From the IMG/VR virus record IMGVR_UViG_3300031733_000001: a DNA stretch of 64,000 nucleotides; one strand, given 5' to 3'. The translations under genes and the position numbers were made by a program. The notes beneath the pieces were generated by a model. The model saw nothing but the letters and a program-made list of their open reading frames with translations. It was not told where the DNA came from and made no database searches. This document shows positions 29,034 to 37,707 of the stretch, in pieces; position 1 is the stretch's first letter, and each line of letters begins with the position of its first letter. Origin of the DNA: an uncultured virus (IMG/VR IMGVR_UViG_3300031733_000001). Its lineage: Duplodnaviria; Heunggongvirae; Uroviricota; Caudoviricetes.

Positions 29034-31886
29034 GTGGCAGGCTGGGACACTAGATTCTTCGACGATTTCGACGATAACTCGATCGGAATCCAGCAGGACG
29101 CCCAGAACGGTACGATCACCGAGCCAGTGGGCACGGAGCTGGTACTTTCTGGATCGGCCGGCACGATGTGTCGCTGGGACAGTGCGGGCCGCGACCGCCC
29201 CTGCGGCTACGAGGAGATCTCCACCCACGAGGCGCCGGGTGGGGGGCTGCTGCGTTTTGAGGACAAGGTCTCATCCTTCACCAAGACTGGCGTCGAGGTC
29301 ATTGCTGGTCTCTGCCTCTGGGGACCGACCAGTGAAGATGCCTATCTGGTTGGTTGGTATGACAGCAACGACAACGTCTACCTCCAGCGTCTACTGGGAG
29401 GGACTGACTGGGTCACCAGGTGGAATGGTGGAAGCTACGGCAACCCGAACAGTACCCCACACATCTACCGGATATACGTCAACCGGACGAGCCGGGAGGT
29501 GTTCATTCCAGAGTACAACCAGTGGTTAGATCCATACGCCCTGGCGTTCCAGTTCAGTGCGAACAATGGATCTAGCTGGGTGTGGGCATACGAGGAGGCC
29601 CTGGCCTTCATCCCGACGCGCTTCGGGGTCTACTCCCGCAACTGGTCGACTGGAGGCTACCGCGGCTTCGACGTTGGGTTCGACTACCTGAAGTTCGAGC
29701 AGGATGCTGATCCCAACACCTACCTTGGAGACCAGGAGGAGGGCACCGGGACGCAGGACTCGGTGCAGACCCATGATGAGATGGACCTGCCTGGTGCGGG
29801 TGGGCCGAAGGGGCACGGAGATCAGATCTCCAAGGGACAGCGGGTGCCCGGACCGAGTCACCAAACGACCGGTTCTCAGGGGCCGTTCGATGAGGTCCAG
29901 GTCCAGGAAGAGGCGTCCCGCCTTTCTCCCGGCGGTGAGGCTTACGGTGTCGAGGATGGGCAGGGGGAATCTGCTCCTGCAGAGCTGGTGCAGATTGATG
30001 AATCTCTGCTGGGACAGGTGGTGGACGCGGACTTCTTGCAGGAGAAGGATGACAGCGACGGAAAGGAGCTGTTGAGTGCTGGTGACGTCCGCACCATCGC
30101 CGTGGCAGAGATGGACGAGGGTGGGTTTGGCAACCCGGTAGCCAACTTGATCTACGGCTACGGACAGGACGGCTTGTTCTACAACAGCGGGGTGGTCGTC
30201 TCCTCCGGTCCATTCTCCGATGCCTCGAATATCCTGGCCCGTCATTGGCAAGATCGAAGTGTGGAGCCCGAGAGGTACGCGGGGATCGTGGGGAACATCA
30301 TCGTCTTCGGGGCGGACAACATCCGCTTCTCTGGCACAAACACTGGCGGCGCAGTCTGGGACAGTTTCGCGTTCCTCAACTCCCATAGATGGTTCCTCAC
30401 TGGTGACTTCGAGGTGACGCTCGACTGCACCAACTTCATCAAGAGCACGGGATCACCGACGCAGCTAGAGTTCCGCTTCAGTGCCAGAGCTTGGCACGGT
30501 ACCGACAAGGATGCGCTGCGGTGCATCACCGTCATCCGCGACTCGGGTTCTCGTAACTGGCGTAGGGACACGATCGTCAATGGTGGGGGCGCGTCGAACG
30601 TCTGGGAATCCTCCGGTGGGGTACCCACCGGTGCTTACAGCCTGAAGATCAAGCGCACGGGTACGACAGTTGAGTGCCTCTACGATTCCGGCGGAGGTTG
30701 GACCTCCATGGGTGGGTCTTTCAGTGGCAGTTCCAGCATTGGGACGGACCCCGTGTACTTCGAGTTCGAGCTGGCCGGGTACCAGACGGGCTGCAATGGG
30801 CAGATCGATCTCAGCAACTTCACCATCGTCTCCGGCTCGGAGAGTGCCCGCGCATCGTGGTACCGCGAGGCTAGTGGGGCCGACCGTGGGACGCAGGTCA
30901 CTGCCCCAGACGATGCTCTGATCGTCGCTCCGGACGGGTCGATGGAGATCTTGGACACAGCGCAGACCAAGATGTGGATGCGTTTCTTGCAGGCCACGAG
31001 CTACATGTTCGGAACCACCAGGATCCGTCGCGTGCGTTGGAAGAAGGCCGGGTGGATCTTGACGGCTCAGGGCTCAGTGGGTGGATCCAACGGCAGCCTG
31101 AAGCTTGTCAGCCTGACTGGTGATGCGCGAACGCAGATCAACACATCCGGCAGGGAGGATTTCAAGGGCTTCATCGAGAGTAGGAACAGTGCGCGTGGGG
31201 AGTGGGCCGCGGTAGCTGACGTCGCGCTCCCCAGCAGTTCCGTCCTCGACTGTGACGCTTTCATGCCGGATGCCCTGCAGGTAGGAGACGAGGTCTTTTT
31301 GGCAGCAGCCACGAGCGCCGGCATGGCGATGATCAAATTGGAGGCGTACCACAGTCAGGTAGCCTGGGAGTACTCCCTCAGTTCAGAGACGACTGAGATG
31401 CACTGGTGCGCCCTGGACCCGGTCTCTGGCGAGCTGTTCTACATGGACACCGACAAGATGTACTCCCGGGACAAGACAGGCGGAGGGCAGGGGTGGGAAG
31501 ACTGGATGACCGGTGGTTCATGGACCAAGGAGTACGAGAAGAGCCTGCCGGGCACGCGCGCTTTCGAGTTCCAGTACCGCGCCGAGAGGTACTCCAGCTT
31601 CCTCTTCATGCCGGCGAACGAGGGGATCTACCGGGTGAACTGGCCGTCTGGTTCTTGGGAGTTGTTCTACGGCAAGACGGGGTCCGGGGCCACGCATGAG
31701 ATCTTGCCGGACTACAAGTTGATCACGTCGATCACGTTCGGCAATGATGGAACGAACAATTTGCTCATCGCTGCCCTGGAGCAGGAGCGGCGCGGCCAGA
31801 TCGTAGCCATCAAGTTGGCGGATGATTCGATCTACTCCAAGTCGGAGATTGTTGATCTGAAAGTACCTTCGGTGATTGCAGCGTAA
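29034..31886 (+). CDS. tail/receptor-binding protein, paralogue of 26632..29025
   Basis: FFDDFDD and LTGDFEV lectin-like motifs; shares GSQGPFD, GYG.DG.FY and WMRF blocks with the upstream gene. Confidence 0.7.
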   Translation: MAGWDTRFFDDFDDNSIGIQQDAQNGTITEPVGTELVLSGSAGTMCRWDSAGRDRPCGYEEISTHEAPGGGLLRFEDKVSSFTKTGVEVIAGLCLWGPTSEDAYLVGWYDSNDNVYLQRLLGGTDWVTRWNGGSYGNPNSTPHIYRIYVNRTSREVFIPEYNQWLDPYALAFQFSANNGSSWVWAYEEALAFIPTRFGVYSRNWSTGGYRGFDVGFDYLKFEQDADPNTYLGDQEEGTGTQDSVQTHDEMDLPGAGGPKGHGDQISKGQRVPGPSHQTTGSQGPFDEVQVQEEASRLSPGGEAYGVEDGQGESAPAELVQIDESLLGQVVDADFLQEKDDSDGKELLSAGDVRTIAVAEMDEGGFGNPVANLIYGYGQDGLFYNSGVVVSSGPFSDASNILARHWQDRSVEPERYAGIVGNIIVFGADNIRFSGTNTGGAVWDSFAFLNSHRWFLTGDFEVTLDCTNFIKSTGSPTQLEFRFSARAWHGTDKDALRCITVIRDSGSRNWRRDTIVNGGGASNVWESSGGVPTGAYSLKIKRTGTTVECLYDSGGGWTSMGGSFSGSSSIGTDPVYFEFELAGYQTGCNGQIDLSNFTIVSGSESARASWYREASGADRGTQVTAPDDALIVAPDGSMEILDTAQTKMWMRFLQATSYMFGTTRIRRVRWKKAGWILTAQGSVGGSNGSLKLVSLTGDARTQINTSGREDFKGFIESRNSARGEWAAVADVALPSSSVLDCDAFMPDALQVGDEVFLAAATSAGMAMIKLEAYHSQVAWEYSLSSETTEMHWCALDPVSGELFYMDTDKMYSRDKTGGGQGWEDWMTGGSWTKEYEKSLPGTRAFEFQYRAERYSSFLFMPANEGIYRVNWPSGSWELFYGKTGSGATHEILPDYKLITSITFGNDGTNNLLIAALEQERRGQIVAIKLADDSIYSKSEIVDLKVPSVIAA

Positions 31887-33373
31887 TGGCGAGCGTAGAC
31901 ACATACCTGGGATTCCAGTGGGGAGTGGACAAGATCACTCTCACGGATGGTGACGGCGACGACCAGCCGCAGCTCCTCAGCGCGGTGCCGCAGGACTCCA
32001 ACACCATCCGGATGTCCTTCGACATCGACATGATGTTCCTGGACAACCCCGGCTCCGTCCTGCGGCCGGACAACTGGTCCGTCTCGGAGCAGATCTCCGG
32101 TGACCCGCTCCCCATCTACTGGGTCTCGAAGGTTTCGAATACGGTCGTGGACGTCCACACCTCCAACATGAAGGGCGTGGATTATGACGTGGTGACCACG
32201 GCCAATTCGGCGTGGGACCAGCCGATCGATCCGGCCAACGATGATGCGACGTTCAGCGGCATCGCCGAGACCTACCCGACCTTCATCTCGATGCGGACCT
32301 TCTTCGGTCTCGACCACGGCATGCAGGGTGAGCGCATCGACGTCAGTGCCCCCTACCTAGCGAACCAAGATCCGGCACCGCTGGAGACGGTGGTGGACAA
32401 GGACGTGGAGCTCGAGTTCGACCTACTGGACGCGGAGGACGCGATCGTCCTCACCTCCGTGCAGATCTGGATCGAGGGGGTTCTGGCCTACGACGGTTCC
32501 ACCGACACGTTCCAGGCCCCGTACAACGGGACCAACTCGGCCCGGACGGCGATCATCAACGGGCACCACTTCGTGTTCGAGAAGACCTCGGACTACACCT
32601 CCTACAAGAACATCTCCGTGCGGGTCTACGCCGAGGACAACGCCGGTCCTCCACCATTCGTGCTGGACGAGACCTACACGTTCCGGATCGAGGACTACGT
32701 GAACCCGGTCGTTGATACCGAGTCCCCGACTGGGATCGACATCAACGAGCAGGCGTTGGTGTCCTTCTCCTGCAAGGACGTGGGTGGCTCCGGCGTGGTG
32801 CAGGCGACCATCCAGGTGACGATGGATGCACTGCCGGCCATCGTGAACGGGATCTTTCAGACGGGGTACGACGGTCCATCCAGTTCGATCACTGCCAACG
32901 GCTTCAACGGCTACGATGTGGTCATCGACCGAATAGCGGACCATCCCAGCACGCAGTCTGTTGGCGTGGACGTGTCCTGCCAGGACGCAGAAGGGAACAC
33001 CGGCACCCTGAACTGGTCGTTCACTGTGCGGGACTGGGAAGGGCCACTGGTCACCCCGGTCGACCCGCTTAGCGGTGAGACCAACGTGGACATCCTCGAC
33101 AACATCGAGCTGACGATCCAGGACGACACCTCTGTTGACCTGACCACGGTGCAGGTGGAGATAGACCCAGGTACTGGCTATGAGCTAGCCTTCAAGTATA
33201 GTGATGTTCCGCAGTTCAAGCCTGGGTGGAACGGCCCCGGCTCGAGCGTGAGTACGGTGGCCGGCGTGACGACGATCATCATCGACAATGAGACCCAGTT
33301 CGATGTGGGCACCACGGTGAGGGTCCGCGTCACGGCCAAAGATCCCTACGGGAACCCGGCGAGGCTGAGCTAG
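31886..33373 (+). CDS. Ig-like repeat virion protein
   Basis: About 3 repeats of P....P.....V......I.F...D....V......V.V.A.D..G...Y/W.F. Confidence 0.7.
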   Translation: MASVDTYLGFQWGVDKITLTDGDGDDQPQLLSAVPQDSNTIRMSFDIDMMFLDNPGSVLRPDNWSVSEQISGDPLPIYWVSKVSNTVVDVHTSNMKGVDYDVVTTANSAWDQPIDPANDDATFSGIAETYPTFISMRTFFGLDHGMQGERIDVSAPYLANQDPAPLETVVDKDVELEFDLLDAEDAIVLTSVQIWIEGVLAYDGSTDTFQAPYNGTNSARTAIINGHHFVFEKTSDYTSYKNISVRVYAEDNAGPPPFVLDETYTFRIEDYVNPVVDTESPTGIDINEQALVSFSCKDVGGSGVVQATIQVTMDALPAIVNGIFQTGYDGPSSSITANGFNGYDVVIDRIADHPSTQSVGVDVSCQDAEGNTGTLNWSFTVRDWEGPLVTPVDPLSGETNVDILDNIELTIQDDTSVDLTTVQVEIDPGTGYELAFKYSDVPQFKPGWNGPGSSVSTVAGVTTIIIDNETQFDVGTTVRVRVTAKDPYGNPARLS

Positions 33374-36300
33374 ATGCCAGTCACCTATTCATTCGTCACC
33401 ACGCTGAACCTGCCGACAGGTACGGATTTCGACTGCATGGACTGCCGGGATGCCTGCATCCCCAACGTCCTGCTGCTCGATGAGGTGACGGCCAGTCGTG
33501 GCGTCCCGCACTTCGACTTCGACGCCTATGATGACCTGGTCATCTACAGCGATGATGGTGTGCCCAGCACGCTGCTGTTCGATCTCGCCCTGCAGTCGGA
33601 CCACACGTTCGAGACGCAGTTCAAGCCTAGCTCGCTGCCGGAGGACCTGGCCCAGCTCGACAAGTACCGCTTCTTCATCGGCACCTTCGACAAGCAGGAC
33701 AACGCCAGTGGGATCTTGATCTCCAGGACGGGGATCGCCCTGATGGCGGTGTTCGGCACCAGCGCCTTGGTCCTGCCGGGTAGCCAGGACATCTTCGAGG
33801 AAGGGGAGGACTACTACACCCTCCGCCTGGTGGTGGAAGGGACTCGCAATCTGCTGCACGTCTACATCACCAAGACGGACGACCTCCCCACCACAGGGCA
33901 CATCCTCCGCTACACCTCTGCCGCGCCGGTCCCGCCGGAAGGCACGACGGTGGACTCCATCAAGATCGAGATCTTGGGGAACGCGCTCAAGACCGTCCGG
34001 GGCAAGTTCACCTCGTTCCGGGCGGCTTGCACTTCGGCGCTCATCCCCAATCGCCGGCCCATCGCCGACCCCGGGGCTGACCAGACGGCCAACGTGGGCT
34101 CGGCCGTGACGCACGACGGTCGGAACAGCTACGACCCGGAGGAGGCTCCGCTGACCTACGACTGGGCGCTCAAGGACGCGCCGGACGGGTCGCGCTTCAA
34201 GTCCTCGGGCACCAGCGGTTCTACCTCGGACGATGGTGACGCTGACGGATTCACCACGATCTTCAACGGTGGCACCGACGCCTTCAGCGTGGACAACATG
34301 CCCCTACTCCAGCCTGGGGACCACCTGATGGTGGAGGGTGTTCTCTACAAGGTGTCCACCGACCGCTGGGTACTGGACACTGCGACCGGCCGCTACAGCA
34401 GGAACGAGGGCGTCACCTGGGACGATGACGAGGTCGTGGTCGAAGAGGAGACCATCCCCGACAACTACTCCGACGTGACCTGGGACGTGTACCACTCGGA
34501 CACGTACTTCAGCGATCGGGCCGGCAGCTTCCCGTCCGCCATCCCGGACAAGGCGGGGCTCTACGTGGTCCAGCTGGTGGTCAACGACGGCGAGCTGGAC
34601 AGCTTCGCAGCCGAGGCCATCCTGAACGTGTCCCAGGTCTCCACAGCCATGGGCTGCATCCCAGACGTCTCGTGGATCTGGAACTCTCTCTCCGACTTCT
34701 GGAACCTCCTGGAGGACCGGGAGATCGTCGAGACGGTGTGGTCTGGATTCGCCCAGGCGTGCGCCGCCCAGCTCCTGACAGCCTGGCAGATCGACTACAA
34801 CAAGAGTCTCATCGACATCCAGCGCGTCTTCCAGCGCCGGTGGCTGAGCTACTCCACGCTCCTGGACCAGGAGGACTTGGACACAGCTACGATCAGGGTC
34901 ATCCGTGGCCCGATCTTCAGTGACGACATCGCCGGAGGAGCCAACATCACCGGCAAGTCGCTACAGCTGGTCTTGGACAATGGCAACGTGGAGGAGGTCA
35001 CCTTCCCTAGCTCGTCCTTCACCGACCCGGTGCCGGCTTCCGACATCGCCGGCCGTATCAACTCGGTGATGGGCTTCGTCGGGGCCGTGGTTCCTCTGGC
35101 CAGTGCGGTGACGGTGGGGGCTGCCGAGTACCTGAAGCTCGAGTACGCCACCCTCCTGCAGATCCGGCCCAACGGGACGGCCAACACGGTCCTGGGCTTC
35201 TCCACCGCCGCGTACGAGCAGAACGACCTGGCTGGAGCCGACGGCGGGATCATCGAGGTCACCAAGGTCAACGCCTTCACCACCATCGACGTGTCTACCC
35301 CGGCAGGTCCCCACGATCCCCCGGCTCTGGACCTGGAGAGTGAAGGCATCCAGATGGATGACCTGTTGGTCTGGGACGGTGAGAGCTACCGGATCCAGAA
35401 GGTCGCCACGGACACGGCTACCAGTACGAAGCGTGGGTTGAGCATGAAGGACCCGCTGCCCGACAGCGGATCGGCCTCCCCACCTCCCTATCCGGACGCG
35501 AACCCTTGGTTGATCCCCTCCATCGTGGTCTCGGAGGACCTCGACTTCGAGGAGGAGCAGGTCACCGGCGGTGACCTGGCCCGCTTCGAGGTGAAGCATA
35601 CGACGACCTTGGTGGTCACAGAAGTCCTCTGTGAGATCGTGGGCGTGAGGGGATATCACATCGGCTTCGACCCGGCTCCCCTGTTGAGAGCGTACGCCGG
35701 CACTCCAGGCGATTACCGGACCTACTTCCTGGGCGTGAAGCGGATCAACAACATCCCGGTCGACGACCTGGTGGTGGAGATCCCACGTCTGCAGGAGGTG
35801 ATCAAGAACCCGACGACCACGCTGGAGGAGAACACCGACTACTTGATCAACGAGGACTCCGAGGAGAGGAACGCAATCCGGTTCCGGGACGGCACGTTCA
35901 GCCTGACCGATCCCCCTCCGGACCTGCTCTGGGCGGAGGTCACCTACCTGGACAACAGGCCCACCATCGAGGCCAACTTCGGCCACCTGGTGAACTTCAA
36001 GGTCGAGGACCTGGATACCAGGACGGATGACCTGGACTACCTGTCAGCCGTGCGTGGCCTGTGGTGGGCCTACTTCGGCGGCCCTGCTCTCCAGAAGGTC
36101 AAGGTCGGGACGCAGATCTTGCTGGGGCTGCCCTTCTCGGAGGCCGAGGGGACGATCCTCTCCATCGAGCCGAACTTCTCGGCCACGGAGGGGCGCATCG
36201 TCATCCAGGATCTGGCGGACGAGAACATCGTGCGGACCTACTTCTACCCTCTGGATGCGGGGTTGGCGGTCAACGACGAGACGGGAGACGTCATCGCGGA

Positions 36301-36997
36301 AGGGGAGACGATCGCCCAGTTCGCCCCGCTCAGCGGAGGGGTTGAGGTAGAGGACTGGGAATCTGCAGCCCTATGGATGAAGAAGTACGTCTCTCAGGGC
36401 AAGTTCCACGAGCTCAACAAGTTCTTCCGCTTCCTGGTGCGGGCAGATGTGGATACGTTCAACTTGACCAACCTGGTGTTCGCGGTGGACTTCGTGAGGA
36501 AGATCAAGCCGACGTACACCTACCCGCTGTTCGTACTCCTCAAGAACCTCCCGCCGTCCGAGGTGGACGTCACGGACGAGGTCAACCTCATCGTCCACCT
36601 GAGCCTGTTCGATACGTTCTGCCCGGACGAGCCGGGGTCGTACAGGTGGGACGACTCGGACGAGTCCGGCAACTGGAACCACACCTACGATGAGATACCG
36701 CCCCCACCGCGGTTCCTCTTCGACACGCATCGGTTGTGCCCGGACGAGTACGTGTGGGTGCACATCTCGTACATCCACCCTGGTGGGGCAGGGTGGTTCT
36801 TTGATACGATCTGGGCTTATGATGACGGTGGAGGTGCTGACTTGCTGCCGCTAAGTGGTCCAGATCATCTGCCTCCGGCCCCCTATGGGCCGCTGGTCGG
36901 GACGATCTACTACGATGCTGGCAGTCCGACGGTGCCGCCGTTGGGTGGCAGCGTGGTGGCGGGGACGTACCACCGTGAGCGGATCATCGAACCGTAG
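33374..36997 (+). CDS. large baseplate wedge protein (gpI/gp7-like C-terminus) with PKD domain
   Basis: PIADPGADQT...DGRNSYDPE..PLTYDW and PDKAGLYVVQLVVNDG (PKD/REJ); YLSAVRGLWWAY..GP and IKPTYT wedge-type motifs. Confidence 0.65.
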   Translation: MPVTYSFVTTLNLPTGTDFDCMDCRDACIPNVLLLDEVTASRGVPHFDFDAYDDLVIYSDDGVPSTLLFDLALQSDHTFETQFKPSSLPEDLAQLDKYRFFIGTFDKQDNASGILISRTGIALMAVFGTSALVLPGSQDIFEEGEDYYTLRLVVEGTRNLLHVYITKTDDLPTTGHILRYTSAAPVPPEGTTVDSIKIEILGNALKTVRGKFTSFRAACTSALIPNRRPIADPGADQTANVGSAVTHDGRNSYDPEEAPLTYDWALKDAPDGSRFKSSGTSGSTSDDGDADGFTTIFNGGTDAFSVDNMPLLQPGDHLMVEGVLYKVSTDRWVLDTATGRYSRNEGVTWDDDEVVVEEETIPDNYSDVTWDVYHSDTYFSDRAGSFPSAIPDKAGLYVVQLVVNDGELDSFAAEAILNVSQVSTAMGCIPDVSWIWNSLSDFWNLLEDREIVETVWSGFAQACAAQLLTAWQIDYNKSLIDIQRVFQRRWLSYSTLLDQEDLDTATIRVIRGPIFSDDIAGGANITGKSLQLVLDNGNVEEVTFPSSSFTDPVPASDIAGRINSVMGFVGAVVPLASAVTVGAAEYLKLEYATLLQIRPNGTANTVLGFSTAAYEQNDLAGADGGIIEVTKVNAFTTIDVSTPAGPHDPPALDLESEGIQMDDLLVWDGESYRIQKVATDTATSTKRGLSMKDPLPDSGSASPPPYPDANPWLIPSIVVSEDLDFEEEQVTGGDLARFEVKHTTTLVVTEVLCEIVGVRGYHIGFDPAPLLRAYAGTPGDYRTYFLGVKRINNIPVDDLVVEIPRLQEVIKNPTTTLEENTDYLINEDSEERNAIRFRDGTFSLTDPPPDLLWAEVTYLDNRPTIEANFGHLVNFKVEDLDTRTDDLDYLSAVRGLWWAYFGGPALQKVKVGTQILLGLPFSEAEGTILSIEPNFSATEGRIVIQDLADENIVRTYFYPLDAGLAVNDETGDVIAEGETIAQFAPLSGGVEVEDWESAALWMKKYVSQGKFHELNKFFRFLVRADVDTFNLTNLVFAVDFVRKIKPTYTYPLFVLLKNLPPSEVDVTDEVNLIVHLSLFDTFCPDEPGSYRWDDSDESGNWNHTYDEIPPPPRFLFDTHRLCPDEYVWVHISYIHPGGAGWFFDTIWAYDDGGGADLLPLSGPDHLPPAPYGPLVGTIYYDAGSPTVPPLGGSVVAGTYHRERIIEP

Positions 36998-37008
36998 GAG
37001 CTGGCCGA

Positions 37009-37698
37009 ATGTTCGTAGACATCGTCGAAGCCAAGACCAACGTCAGGATCATCGCCCGAGACGAGCGGCACAAGAAGGTCCCCAAGCTGTGCCGTGAGGT
37101 CCACAACGTCTGGGTCAACATCGGCCGGCAGTACCTCGCCGAGGTGATCTCCCCGCTGGACGGGGCCTTCGCTGCCCACTACAACGACTCCCCCGTGAGG
37201 GTCGTCCGGTATATGGCGCTGGGAATCGGCGGTGATTCTCAGCTCTTGGCGCCTGGAACATTCCCGACCCTGGACTCCCACTACCCCGGCCAGAACACCT
37301 ACGACGACACGCTCATCACGACCAACTACCTCGAGCGGCCGATCAAGGTGACGGGGACGGCAGGGACGGGGACAGCGCCAGGCGTCTGGATGAACAGCGT
37401 CACCGCGCCGCCGACCTTCGGAGGAACGCCGATCACGAAGGTGGAGTTCGACTGTTTGTTCGACTACACCGACTGCCAGCTCGGAGGCGCCTACCCCTCC
37501 ATGCCGCTGTCGGAGGCCGGGCTCATGCTCTCCAGCGAGCAGGCGAGCCGCCTGTCGAACGAGGTCTACTCCTACGCCAGCCCGCCGGACTACATCAACA
37601 CCTCGACCAGGCAGAAGCTGTTGGCGTACAATACTTTCGATACGATCAGCAAGACTGTTTCGGTTGCCCTGGAGATCCACTGGGAGATCCAGTTCTAG
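37009..37698 (+). CDS. tail-collar / fibre-attachment baseplate protein
   Basis: HNVWVNIGRQYLA, YMALGIG, LSEAGL, LLAY..F.TISK...LEIHWEIQF. Confidence 0.7.
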   Translation: MFVDIVEAKTNVRIIARDERHKKVPKLCREVHNVWVNIGRQYLAEVISPLDGAFAAHYNDSPVRVVRYMALGIGGDSQLLAPGTFPTLDSHYPGQNTYDDTLITTNYLERPIKVTGTAGTGTAPGVWMNSVTAPPTFGGTPITKVEFDCLFDYTDCQLGGAYPSMPLSEAGLMLSSEQASRLSNEVYSYASPPDYINTSTRQKLLAYNTFDTISKTVSVALEIHWEIQF

Positions 37699-37707
37699 GA
37701 GACGAAG

